Below are positions 7,190 through 15,982 of a stretch of 38,475 bases of DNA, piece after piece. The DNA lies in contig CAWUMZ010000002.1 in NCBI GenBank assembly GCA_963923625.1, forward strand, positions 1 to 38,475, read 5' to 3'. Numbering within the stretch: the stretch's first letter is position 1; every line of letters starts with the position of its first letter. The notes under the pieces were generated by a model, which ran no database searches, was not told where the DNA came from, and was given only the letters and a program-made list of their open reading frames with translations. The position numbers and the translations under genes were made by a program. Origin of the DNA: an uncultured bacterium (GTDB lineage Bacteria > Actinomycetota > Thermoleophilia > Gaiellales > F1-60-MAGs149).

Positions 7190-8695
7190 CCAGGCGCCGG
7201 CCCACGATTCGCGCCGCGGGTCGGCCCAGGCCGAGACGAGGCCGCTCGTGCGGTTGAACTCCGCGGCGACGACGCTGCCGAACAGGCCGCCGCCCGACTC
7301 GGACAGGACGATCTCGTGGCCCAGGTCGCGCAGCGCGTCGGCGAGAGCCGAATCCAGATCCTCCTCGATGTGCAGCTCGCCATCGGTGATGCGCCAGCGA
7401 GGGCGCTCGATCGCGAGGCCCATGTCCTCGCCCTCGTCGAGATGCGCGAGCAGCACCTGCAGAAGCGCCTGCACCTGGCCATCGGCGCTCGGCGTGGAGA
7501 TGCCGACCACGCGCTCGCCGTCGATCACCATCGCGGGCGACAGCGTGTGGACCGGGCGCTTGCCGCCCGCGGGCGCGTTCGGCGACTCGGGGTCGCGCGA
7601 GAACGAGAGCAGGCGGTCGTTGAGGAAGAAGCCGCCTTCAGGCACCCACGTGGCGCTGCCGAAGCTGTCGAAGACGCTGATCAGCATCGACACGACCGTG
7701 CCGTCTCGGTCGGCGACGGTGACCGACGTCGTGTGGTTGTAGCCCTGCGCGTGGTCGGCGCGGCTCGCGCGGTCGGCGATCGCGATCGAGTCGGCGAGCG
7801 CCATCAGCTCGTCGTCGGCACCAGGCTGGGTGATGCGATCGCGGAACGCGAAGGCGCCGGCCATCGCCTCGATCGCGCGATGGTGCGCGACCGGCGACGC
7901 GTCGGAGGCGGGCTCCGCCGTGAGGCGTCGCAGCGCCATCGTCAGCAGCATCGCCTGCGAGGAGGGCGGCTGGGCGAGCACCGTCACGCCGCGGTAGTCG
8001 GTCGCCACTGGCGCCCGCACGACGCTCGTATGCGCGGCGAGATCCTCGAGCGACATCGCACCGCCCTCGCGGGCGATGGCGCGCACGATCGCCTCGGCGA
8101 TCGGCCCGTTGTAGAACGCGGTGGGCCCGCCCTCGATGACTGCGCGCAGCGTCGCCGCGGTCTCGGGCAGCCGGACGATCGTGCCGACGCCCTGCGGACG
8201 CGCCTGCACCCACGGCGAAATATCCGCCCCACCGCGCGTGAGGCGCGGCGCCATCTCCTCGAGGGCGTCCTGCGTGTCACGGGTGATCGCCACGCCGTGC
8301 TCAGCCAGCTCGAGCGCGGGCGCGAGCACCTCGGCGCGCGACAGCACGCCGGCCTGCTCGATCAGATCGCACACGCCCGCCACGAAGCCCGGCACGGCCA
8401 CGACCTGCGCACCGTCGAGCGGCAGCGGCGCCTCGAGCGCCGCCGGAGCCGCGCCGACGCCGTTGATCGCGAACGTCGAGCCGTCGGGGCGGCGCACGAT
8501 GCAGAGCAGGTCGCCGCCGAGGCCGCAGGCGTCGGGCAGGATCACCGTCAGCGCCGCAGCTGCGGCAGCCGCGGCATCGGCAGCGTTGCCGCCGGCAGCG
8601 CCGACGCGCAGCGCGGCCTGGACGGCGAGAGGATGGCCGCACGCGACGGCCAGATGCTGGCCTTCGATGCGAGGGCGGGGCAGGCGCTTGGACAT
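7187..8695 (-). CDS. ggt: gamma-glutamyltransferase family protein (Ntn hydrolase), no obvious signal peptide
   Basis: ORF 7187..8815 trimmed to ATG 8695 (MSKRLPRPRIEGQHLAVACGHPLAV). GGT-like blocks LGGDLLCIV, the autoprocessing Thr region GYNHTTSVTV, and KRPVHTLSPAMV. Confidence 0.8.
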   Translation of the reverse strand: MSKRLPRPRIEGQHLAVACGHPLAVQAALRVGAAGGNAADAAAAAAAALTVILPDACGLGGDLLCIVRRPDGSTFAINGVGAAPAALEAPLPLDGAQVVAVPGFVAGVCDLIEQAGVLSRAEVLAPALELAEHGVAITRDTQDALEEMAPRLTRGGADISPWVQARPQGVGTIVRLPETAATLRAVIEGGPTAFYNGPIAEAIVRAIAREGGAMSLEDLAAHTSVVRAPVATDYRGVTVLAQPPSSQAMLLTMALRRLTAEPASDASPVAHHRAIEAMAGAFAFRDRITQPGADDELMALADSIAIADRASRADHAQGYNHTTSVTVADRDGTVVSMLISVFDSFGSATWVPEGGFFLNDRLLSFSRDPESPNAPAGGKRPVHTLSPAMVIDGERVVGISTPSADGQVQALLQVLLAHLDEGEDMGLAIERPRWRITDGELHIEEDLDSALADALRDLGHEIVLSESGGGLFGSVVAAEFNRTSGLVSAWADPRRESWAGAW

Positions 8696-8711
8696 GGCGC
8701 GAGCATGGCAC

Positions 8712-8921
8712 ATCGCGTCTGCTACCGTCGTCTGCGGAGAACGGGGAAGTCCGGTGCGAATCCGGCACGGTCCCGCCGCTGTGAGGAACGTCCGCTCGTC
8801 GCGGTGCAGCAGCACCGGTCACTGGGTCCCCGGACCTGGGAAGGCAAGACGATCGGCCTCGGCAACGAGGAAGCGCGTTCCGAGTCAGAACACCCGCCTC
8901 CGACCGGGCGATCCCGCCCGG
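8712..8921 (+). promoter_or_regulatory. cobalamin (B12) riboswitch with a downstream GC hairpin
   Basis: Core elements read in order: GGGAAGTCCGGTGCGAATCCGGCACGGTCCCGCCGCTGTGA (8743-8783), GTCACTGGG...CTGGGAAGGC (8818-8844), and the B12 box GAGTCAGAACACCCGCC (8882-8898). A hairpin CCGGGCG-atcc-CGCCCGG follows at 8904-8921. It lies 30 nt upstream of the first ORF, which has an AGAAGGA Shine-Dalgarno sequence. Confidence 0.85.
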
Positions 8922-8950
8922 ACAATCCTCGAGAGAAGGACGTACCCCCC

Positions 8951-9610
8951 ATGCGAACGAGGCAGATCCTCGTGGCCGCCGCCGTCGGCGTTGTCGCCCT
9001 CATCCCCGCCACCGCTGCGAGCGCGGCGACCCTCCGCGTCGTCTCGGACGCGAAGAACGTCTTCGGCGAGACCGCCACGACCGTCACCAGCGCGACGTCG
9101 TACATCGACTCGAAGGGCAAGACCCACAAGCTGGCCGCCAACACCGCGATGGGCCAGATCGTCGAGACCGGCCTCCCCTATACCGCCGTCTACGACGCCA
9201 GCTACAACGCCGCATACCTGACGCGCATTGTCGGCGCCAAGGCGCCCGCGACGGGCTACTGGGCGTTCTACGTGAACGACGCGCCGTCGACGCTCGGCGC
9301 GACCGACGCGAAGCTGAAGACCACGGACGAGGTCGTCTGGATCGTCGACAACGACTACTCCAACGCCAACGGCCCGTTCGCCTATGACCTGAACACGAAG
9401 GTCAATGGCGACGGCACCGTCACCTTCACGGCGATGCGCTTCGGCGCGAACAAGGCGATCGCCGCCGGCGGCGCGCCCCTGCTCGTCAACGGCGTGAAGG
9501 CGGCGAACTTCGACGCGAAGGGCAGGCTGACGCTGCCCCTCTCGACCGGGTGGACGGCGCAGATCCCCGCCAAGGGGAAGATCGCGCCGTCCGAGATCGT
9601 CGCCGGCTAG
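8951..9610 (+). CDS. secreted DUF4430-like protein (transcobalamin beta-domain-like) with an extra C-terminal domain
   Basis: 219 aa at the tail of artefact ORF 6596..9610. Sec signal MRTRQILVAAAVGVVALIPATAASA. DUF4430-type block TAMGQIVETGLPYTAVYDASYNAAYLTRIVG...GYWAFYVNDAPSTLGATDAKLKTTDEVVWIV. First gene after the B12 riboswitch. Confidence 0.7.
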   Translation: MRTRQILVAAAVGVVALIPATAASAATLRVVSDAKNVFGETATTVTSATSYIDSKGKTHKLAANTAMGQIVETGLPYTAVYDASYNAAYLTRIVGAKAPATGYWAFYVNDAPSTLGATDAKLKTTDEVVWIVDNDYSNANGPFAYDLNTKVNGDGTVTFTAMRFGANKAIAAGGAPLLVNGVKAANFDAKGRLTLPLSTGWTAQIPAKGKIAPSEIVAG

Positions 9611-9612
9611 CG

Positions 9613-10500
9613 ATGCGGCGGGTCGTGCCCGCACTCCTCATCGCCGCGCTCGTCGCGGCGTGCGGCACATCGAAGACGCAGCCCCCGGCGCCGACCGCGC
9701 CGGGGGTTCGCGTCAGCGCGACCGCTGACTGGGGAACGACCCGCATCGCCGCCGGCCGCGGCAATCCCGGCACGGTGATCGACGCGACGCGCTCCATCGC
9801 CAAGGTGACGACGTCCTACGGTGGCCGCTACGTCGCGGGCATCGCCGGCCAGGCCGGAGATGGATCCCGCGATTGGATCTTCTGGATCAACGGCATCGAG
9901 GCGCCGGCGGGTGCGGCCGATACCCGGATCGCCGCAGGCGATCGCGTCTGGTGGGACCTCCACCGCTGGGCCGGTCGCGTCCACGTTCCGGCCGTCATCG
10001 CCGACTGGCCGATGCCACTGACGCGTGGCGTCGCAGGAGCGACCTCGAACGTCTCGGCGGACCCACCCCTCGCCGCCGCATTGCAGGCTGTCGGCGTGCG
10101 GGTCGTCCAGCCCGCGGCCACGCACGGCGCCAGGGCGATCGTCGGCGGCAGCGCCGAGCTGAGCCGTCGCGACCCACTGTGGCGTCGCGCCCTCGGCGAT
10201 CCCGCGGCCGCCGGGCTGACCGCCTGGATCGACAAGGCCGGGCACGTGCGGGTGTGGAACGCCGCGTCGGGTCGGGCCGACGCCGTCCCCGGCGCGGTCG
10301 CCGTGATCGTCGCGACGACCGATGGCTACGCCGCGACCGACCCTCCGGTCGTCATCGTCGCCGGCGTCACCCAGGCCGCCGCAGACGCCGCCGCGCAGTC
10401 GCTCGCACAGCATCCCGCGATCGTCCGGAACGCCACGGCCATCTGCCTCGACGCGGCCGGCAGCGTCGTCTGCCGCGGCGGTACGGGTCGCATCTCGTGA
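9613..10500 (+). CDS. DUF4430-like lipoprotein
   Basis: 295 aa from MRRVVPALLIAALVAACGTSK (lipobox VAAC). DUF4430-type block GRYVAGIAGQAGDGSRDWIFWINGIEAPAGAADTRIAAGDRVWWDL, followed by an unassigned A-rich C-terminal region. Confidence 0.65.
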   Translation: MRRVVPALLIAALVAACGTSKTQPPAPTAPGVRVSATADWGTTRIAAGRGNPGTVIDATRSIAKVTTSYGGRYVAGIAGQAGDGSRDWIFWINGIEAPAGAADTRIAAGDRVWWDLHRWAGRVHVPAVIADWPMPLTRGVAGATSNVSADPPLAAALQAVGVRVVQPAATHGARAIVGGSAELSRRDPLWRRALGDPAAAGLTAWIDKAGHVRVWNAASGRADAVPGAVAVIVATTDGYAATDPPVVIVAGVTQAAADAAAQSLAQHPAIVRNATAICLDAAGSVVCRGGTGRIS

Positions 10501-11336
10501 GGGCGCCACTGCCGCCCCTGCTCGTCGCGATCTCGTTGATCGTCGTCGCGCTCGCCACATCGCAGCCGCTGATCGTCGGCGCGGCGTTCGTCGGTGCGCT
10601 GCTGCTGCACCACGCAGCGCCGCCCCCGCACCGACTCATGCTGCGCGTCGCACTCGTGTCCGGGCTCTTCATCTTCCTGCTCAATCCGTTCGTGGCGGTC
10701 GAGGGCGATCACGTGCTGCTCAGCGGCCCGCACTTCCTCCTCTTCGACTTCGAGGTGACGAGCGAGGAGCTGCTCTACGGACTGGTGGCAGGCCTGCGGC
10801 TCGCCACGGCGATCCTCGCGACCTCGGCGTTCCTGCGCCTCGCCGACCCCGACCGCACGCAGGCGCTTGCAAGCCGCATCGTGCCGCGATCCGCTCTCAC
10901 CGTCGCGCTGGCAGCTCGGCTCGCACCCACGCTGCGACGCGACGCGACCGCCTTGCACGAGACGCTTCGCCTGCGAGGTTCAGGTCGCGCGCAAGGACGG
11001 CGAGCGGCGATCCGGCAGGGCGCCGTGCTGATAGAGCCGCTCGTGGCCTCCAGCCTCGAGCGCGGCGTCGACATCTCCGAGGCGATGGTCGCGCGTGGGT
11101 ACGGGGCGGGAACCATGACCCGCCTGCCCGAGCCGCCCGCAACGCGGGACGAGCGCATCGGGCTGGTGCTCGGCGCCGTCGGCTGCGTACTCGGCGTCGC
11201 CTTGATCCTCGGGCTCGCCCCCTACGCGATCTACCCGGTGGCCGACACGATCATCACCCCCATCGGCGTGATCATCGCGATCATCGTCCTCGTGCTCTCG
11301 GCGCTCGCCGCCGGCGCACTGCGGAGCCGCCCATGA
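10497..11336 (+). CDS. ecfT: ECF transporter transmembrane (T) component, CbiQ/EcfT family
   Basis: 279 aa from GTG 10497 (GTGA overlap with the upstream stop): VRAPLPPLLVAISLIVVALA. Multi-TM protein with the coupling motif region ERGVDISEAMVARGYG. Confidence 0.75.
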   Translation: MRAPLPPLLVAISLIVVALATSQPLIVGAAFVGALLLHHAAPPPHRLMLRVALVSGLFIFLLNPFVAVEGDHVLLSGPHFLLFDFEVTSEELLYGLVAGLRLATAILATSAFLRLADPDRTQALASRIVPRSALTVALAARLAPTLRRDATALHETLRLRGSGRAQGRRAAIRQGAVLIEPLVASSLERGVDISEAMVARGYGAGTMTRLPEPPATRDERIGLVLGAVGCVLGVALILGLAPYAIYPVADTIITPIGVIIAIIVLVLSALAAGALRSRP

Positions 11337-12700
11337 GCGCCATCGCGACCCACGACCTGCGCTATCGCTACGCGCCCGATTCGCCGTGGGCGCTGGACGG
11401 TGTGACGCTGGACGTGGCGCCGGGCGAGATCGTCCTGCTGCAGGGGGAGTCCGGCAGCGGCAAGTCGACGCTGCTGCGCGTGCTCGCCGGTCTGGCGCCC
11501 GCCTTCCACGGCGGAGAGGCTGGCGGCCGCGGCACCGTCGGCGGTCTGGAGCTCCGCTCTGCGGAGCCGGCGCAGCTCGCCCAGCGCGTGGGCTTCCTGT
11601 TCCAGGACCCCGAGACGCAGGCCGTGATGGCGGAGCCGGTGCGCGACGTGGCCTTCAGCCTCCAGTGCCACGGCCAGCCCGCCGAGACGATCCTGCCCGC
11701 CGCTCGCGCCGCACTGACGCGCATCCGGTCGGAGAACCTCGCCGGCCGGCGCATCGATCAGCTGTCGAGCGGCGAGCGCCAGCGCGTCGCGCTCGCCGCC
11801 GTCCTGGCCCCGGAGCCGTCCGTCCTGCTGCTCGACGAGCCCACCGCGCAGCTCGACGACGACACCGCCTGCGAGCTCGTCGGCGAACTGCGTCGCCTCG
11901 CCGATGCCGGCCTCGCCATCGTGATCGCCGAGCACCGCCACGATCGCGTGGGGCACCTGACCGATCGCGTCGTCGGCATGCACGCGGGCCGCCTTCGGGC
12001 TGCCACGGCGCATGCGCCGCTCTCCGCGCTGACGACCTCGGCAGGCGGAGCACCACTGCTTGCCGTCGACGGACTCGTCGTCCCCCGTGGAGAGCGCACG
12101 GTGCTGCGCGGCGCAACCGCCGTGCTTCCGGCGGGCGGCGTCGCCGCACTGATCGGCCCCAACGGCGGCGGCAAGAGCACCTTGCTGCGCACGCTCGCCG
12201 GGCTGGAGCTGCCGACCGCGGGCACGACCGCGCTTGCGGGCGACGACATCACCTCCACACCCGTCGAGGCGCGCGTGCCGCGCATCGCGTTCGTGCCCCA
12301 GGATCCGGGCCGACGCCTGCTGTGCGAGACCGTGCACGACGAGGTGCTGCTGGGTCCGCGCACCACCGGCCTCGACGCTCGGCCGGCGGAGCGGGCGATC
12401 GCCGAGCTGGATCTCTCGCACCTGCTCGGCCGCCATCCCCGCGACTGCTCGGTCGGCGAGCGGGAACGCGTCGCGATCGCGGCGGCGCTCGCCCTCGATC
12501 CGCAGGTGCTGCTGCTCGATGAGCCCACGCGCGGCATGGATCCCGGACACCGCGCCGCGCTCGTGACGACCGTGCGCGAACACGCGGCCCGCGGCGGCTG
12601 CGCCATCGTCGCCACGCACGACCTCGAGCTGGCCCGCGCCTGCGCCGATCGGCGCTGGGAGCTGGTCGACGGACGCATCGACGAGACGGTGATCGCGTGA
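11333..12700 (+). CDS. fused ECF/ABC ATPase with two nucleotide-binding domains (EcfA1-EcfA2/CbiO-like)
   Basis: 455 aa from MSAIATHDLRYRY. NBD1 has GESGSGKST, LSSGERQR, LLLDEPTAQLD. NBD2 has GPNGGGKST, CSVGERER, LLLDEPTRGMD. ATGA overlap upstream and GTGA overlap downstream. Confidence 0.9.
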   Translation: MSAIATHDLRYRYAPDSPWALDGVTLDVAPGEIVLLQGESGSGKSTLLRVLAGLAPAFHGGEAGGRGTVGGLELRSAEPAQLAQRVGFLFQDPETQAVMAEPVRDVAFSLQCHGQPAETILPAARAALTRIRSENLAGRRIDQLSSGERQRVALAAVLAPEPSVLLLDEPTAQLDDDTACELVGELRRLADAGLAIVIAEHRHDRVGHLTDRVVGMHAGRLRAATAHAPLSALTTSAGGAPLLAVDGLVVPRGERTVLRGATAVLPAGGVAALIGPNGGGKSTLLRTLAGLELPTAGTTALAGDDITSTPVEARVPRIAFVPQDPGRRLLCETVHDEVLLGPRTTGLDARPAERAIAELDLSHLLGRHPRDCSVGERERVAIAAALALDPQVLLLDEPTRGMDPGHRAALVTTVREHAARGGCAIVATHDLELARACADRRWELVDGRIDETVIA

Positions 12701-13317
12701 GTCCGGCAGCCATCGTCGCCCTCGGCGGTCTCGTCGCCCTGGCGATCGGGCTCGTGCTCTACGAGCGCACGCGTGGCGGGGCGCGCGAGCTCGGCCTCGT
12801 CGCGGTACTCGCTGCTGCCGCGACGGCCGGACGCATCGCGTTCGCCGCCATTCCCAGCGCGCAGCCGGTCACCGCGATCGCGATCGTCACGGGCGTGGCG
12901 CTCGGCCCACGCGCCGGCGCAGCCGTCGGCGCCGGCGCCGCATTGCTGTCGAACACCTTCCTCGGCCAGGGGCCGTGGACGCCGTGGCAGATGCTCCTGT
13001 GGGGGCTGGCCGGCGCCAGCGGCGGGTGGCTCGCGCCGCTGCTGCGGCGCAGCCGCGTCGCCCTGATGGCGTTCGGCGGCGCCTGGGGACTCGTCTTCGG
13101 CGCCGGCATGGACGTGTGGCAGTTGGCCGCGTTCGGACCGGCGCTCACACTGCCTGCGTTCATCGCCGTGCACGCACGGGCCGTACCCTTCGACCTCGTG
13201 CACGCGCTCACGAATGTCATCCTGCTCGGCCTCGCCGGCATGCCGCTGATCGCCCTGCTCGATCGCAGCGCCCGCCGCATGCGCGGCCGCTGGCTGCCCG
13301 TGGAGGAGACCGAGTGA
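12697..13317 (+). CDS. ECF transporter substrate-capture (S) component, candidate cobalamin-specific (CbrT-like role)
   Basis: 206 aa, about 6 TM segments, G/A-rich helices (IAFAAIPSAQPVTAIAIVTGVALGPRAG...GQGPWTPWQMLLWGLAG). No CbiM-type N-terminus. Embedded in the ECF operon behind the B12 riboswitch. Confidence 0.6.
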   Translation: MSPAAIVALGGLVALAIGLVLYERTRGGARELGLVAVLAAAATAGRIAFAAIPSAQPVTAIAIVTGVALGPRAGAAVGAGAALLSNTFLGQGPWTPWQMLLWGLAGASGGWLAPLLRRSRVALMAFGGAWGLVFGAGMDVWQLAAFGPALTLPAFIAVHARAVPFDLVHALTNVILLGLAGMPLIALLDRSARRMRGRWLPVEETE

Positions 13318-14162
13318 TCCGCGCGCTCGCTATCGGCATCGCGCTGCTCGCACTCTCCGCACCGGCCCAGGCCGCGAACCTGTCGTCGGCAGGCGCGTAC
13401 CTCGCCGGCAGCCTCGACCGCAACGGCTGCGCGCACGAGCCCGGCAGCACCCCGACGGCGAACCTCAGCGCCTGGGTCGCCTTCGGTCTCGTTGCCAGTG
13501 GGCGCAGCGCCAGCGGCCCGGCCGCGTGCATCGAGAAGCACGCGAGCTCGCTGAAGGCGCTCACCGACGTGGAGGTCGCGTCGCTCGCGCTGTCCGCTGC
13601 CGGTCGTGATCCCCGGCGGGCGGGCGGGCGCGACTTCGTGCAGGTGATCCAGTCGTCCCTTCGCGGCGGCCGCCTTGGCACGCTGGTCGCGACGAACCAG
13701 TTCGGCATCCTCGCGCTGAAGGCGGCCGGCGCACCGATTCCCGCGGCCGCCAAACGCACCCTGATCGCCGACCAGAACCCGGATGGCTCGTGGCCCGTCG
13801 CCGTCGGCGGCGATGGCGACTCGAATCTGACCGCCACGGGCATCCAGGCTGCGATCGCGGCCGGCATCGCGCCGACGGATCCGATCATCGCGCGCGCGGT
13901 CAAAGCGCTCGGGCGATTCCGCAGCCGGGGCGGCTACACCCTCAGCGCCGGCTCGCCACCCGACGCGCAATCAACGGCGTGGGTGCTCTCCGGCCTGGCG
14001 TCGGTGCATCGCGGCGACACGACGGCAATCGCGTACCTCGGCGGTCTGCAGGCGAGCAGCGGGGCCTTCGCCTACCAGCGTGGCCTCTCGATCACGCCAG
14101 TGTGGGTGACGGCGCAGTCCGCCATGGGCATCGCCGGCCGCAGCTTCCCGCTGCGCCCGTGA
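13314..14162 (+). CDS. secreted alpha/alpha-toroid repeat protein (prenyltransferase/squalene-cyclase-like repeats)
   Basis: 282 aa from GTG 13314 (GTGA overlap): VIRALAIGIALLALSAPAQA signal. Repeats of the QxxDGSW type (ADQNPDGSWPV, RSRGGYTLS, LQASSGAFAYQ), each followed by an aromatic or small-residue helix (STAWVLSGL, VWVTAQSAMGI). Confidence 0.6.
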   Translation: MIRALAIGIALLALSAPAQAANLSSAGAYLAGSLDRNGCAHEPGSTPTANLSAWVAFGLVASGRSASGPAACIEKHASSLKALTDVEVASLALSAAGRDPRRAGGRDFVQVIQSSLRGGRLGTLVATNQFGILALKAAGAPIPAAAKRTLIADQNPDGSWPVAVGGDGDSNLTATGIQAAIAAGIAPTDPIIARAVKALGRFRSRGGYTLSAGSPPDAQSTAWVLSGLASVHRGDTTAIAYLGGLQASSGAFAYQRGLSITPVWVTAQSAMGIAGRSFPLRP

Positions 14163-14163
14163 G

Positions 14164-15048
14164 CTAGAAGTCCTGGTTGGTCGGCTCGTCGACCACGCCC
14201 CAGACGCCCATCTGGCGGAACTTGGCACGGCGGGCCCGGCGGCGTTCGGCCGCGGGGATCATCTCGGCCTGCTGGAGCGACTGGCGGATCGCGTCATCGA
14301 GCAGCTTGGCCGCGGCGTCGACGTCCTCGTGGGCGCCGCCCTTCGGCTCGGCGACGATGCGGTCGATGACGCCGAGGTCGAGGCACGCGTTGGCGGTCGG
14401 GCGGAACGCGTACGCGGCCTTGCGCGCCTGACCGGAGTCCTTCCAGAGGATTGCGGCACAGCCCTCGGGCGAGATAACGGAGTAGATCGAGTTCTGCTGC
14501 ATCAGCACGCGATCGCCGACGGCGATCGCGAGCGCGCCGCCGGATCCGCCCTCGCCGATGATGGTCGATACGATCGGCACGCTGGCCTGGCAGAAGGCGA
14601 GGATCGAGCGGGCGATCATGCCCGCCTGGCCGCGCTCCTCGGCGTTGACGCCCGGATACGCGCCCGGCGTGTCGACGAACGTGATGATCGGATAGCCGAA
14701 GCGGTCGGCGAGCTCGACCGCGCGGATCGCCTTGCGGTACCCCTCCGGATGCGGCATGCCGAACATGCGGCGCGTGCGCTCGGAGAGATCGCGGCCCTTC
14801 TGATGCCCGATCGCCACGACCGTCTGGCCGTGATACCGGGCGAGCAGCGTGATCAGCGCCTCGTCGTCGGAGAACGCGCGGTCTCCACGCAACTCGAAGG
14901 CGTCGGTGAAGAGGCGCTCGGCGTAGTCGAGCGTGTACGGGCGGTCCGGGTTGCGCGCGAGCTGCACGGCCTCCCAGATGTGGGACTCCTCCGCGCGCGC
15001 CTCGAAGCGCTTCCGCAGGCGGCGGACCTCGTCGCTGACCCTAACCAC
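14164..15048 (-). CDS. accA: acetyl-CoA carboxylase carboxyltransferase subunit alpha
   Basis: 294 aa, GTG start. FGMPHPEGYRKAIRAVELADRFGYPIITFVDTPGAYPGVNAEERGQA. 8-nt overlap with the accD stop. Confidence 0.93.
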   Translation of the reverse strand: MVRVSDEVRRLRKRFEARAEESHIWEAVQLARNPDRPYTLDYAERLFTDAFELRGDRAFSDDEALITLLARYHGQTVVAIGHQKGRDLSERTRRMFGMPHPEGYRKAIRAVELADRFGYPIITFVDTPGAYPGVNAEERGQAGMIARSILAFCQASVPIVSTIIGEGGSGGALAIAVGDRVLMQQNSIYSVISPEGCAAILWKDSGQARKAAYAFRPTANACLDLGVIDRIVAEPKGGAHEDVDAAAKLLDDAIRQSLQQAEMIPAAERRRARRAKFRQMGVWGVVDEPTNQDF

Positions 15049-15982
15049 GACGGCGCCCCAGTCCCAGGCGTCCGAGGACGCGGTCGATCGGATTCGCGTC
15101 GCCCTCGACGATCGTCATCAGCGGCTCGTCGCCCGTCGGCTCGTCCTCGGCCGGCGAGAACAGCATCAGCAGCTTCGCGAGCTCACCGCGCAGCTCGCGG
15201 CGCGGCACGACGGCGTCGAGCTGGCCGAGGCGCAGGTTCGACTCGGCGCGACCGAAGTCGGCGGCGACCTTCTCGCCCGTCGTCTGCTCGACGACGCGCG
15301 GCCCGGCGAACGAGAGCAGCGCACCCGGTTCCGCGATGACGATGTCGCCGAGCGAGGCGAACGAGGCGATCACGCCGCCGGTCGTCGGGTGCGCGAGCAC
15401 GGAGATGTACGGCAGACCCGCCTCGCGGAGGGCGTCGACGGCGCCGACGGTCTTGGCCATCTGCATGAGGGCGAGGATGTTCTCCTGCATGCGCGCGCCG
15501 CCCGAGCCGGTGACGCTGATCAGCGGCACGCCGTAGTCGACGGCGTGATCCGCGGCGAGGCAGAAGCGCTCGCCCATGACGCTGCCCATCGAGCCGCCCA
15601 TGAACGAGAAGTCCATCACGGCCAGCGCGGTATCGCGGCCGACGATGCGACCGTGGCCGGCGACGAGCGAGTCGCCGAGGCCCGTCTGGAGCTCCGCGTC
15701 GGAGAGGCGGTCGACGTACGGCTTGAGGTCGACGAAGGCCAGCGGGTCGGCCGCGCGGAGGTCGCCGCCGATCTCGACGAAGGTGCCGGGGTCGACCAGC
15801 TGCTCGATGCGCTCCATGGCGCCGACCACGAAGTGGTGCCCGCACTGCGCGCACACGCGCTGGGCGTGGCGCAGCTCGTCGTCGCGATAGTGCGAGCGGC
15901 ACTCGGGGCAGGTATTCGGATGGCGGCGTCCGCCACCCTCCTCTCCGCCCGTCCGCTCGACGTTGACCTCGACGGGCGTCAC
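15041..15982 (-). CDS. accD: acetyl-CoA carboxylase carboxyltransferase subunit beta
   Basis: 313 aa from GTG 15982 (GTGA overlap with the fabF stop). N-terminal zinc ribbon CPECRSHY...CAQCGHH, then MDFSFMGGSMGSVMGERF. The longer track ORF to 16747 is upstream read-through in the antisense of fabF. Confidence 0.88.
   Translation of the reverse strand: MTPVEVNVERTGGEEGGGRRHPNTCPECRSHYRDDELRHAQRVCAQCGHHFVVGAMERIEQLVDPGTFVEIGGDLRAADPLAFVDLKPYVDRLSDAELQTGLGDSLVAGHGRIVGRDTALAVMDFSFMGGSMGSVMGERFCLAADHAVDYGVPLISVTGSGGARMQENILALMQMAKTVGAVDALREAGLPYISVLAHPTTGGVIASFASLGDIVIAEPGALLSFAGPRVVEQTTGEKVAADFGRAESNLRLGQLDAVVPRRELRGELAKLLMLFSPAEDEPTGDEPLMTIVEGDANPIDRVLGRLGLGRRRG

Noticed and set aside
8951-14162. 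Interpretation of the riboswitch-controlled ECF operon as a CbiMNQO cobalt transporter.
   Set aside because: There is no CbiM-type N-terminal metal-binding motif and no CbiN-sized gene. The presence of DUF4430-like exported proteins points to corrinoid rather than metal-ion capture. This rejection is not absolute without HMM searches.
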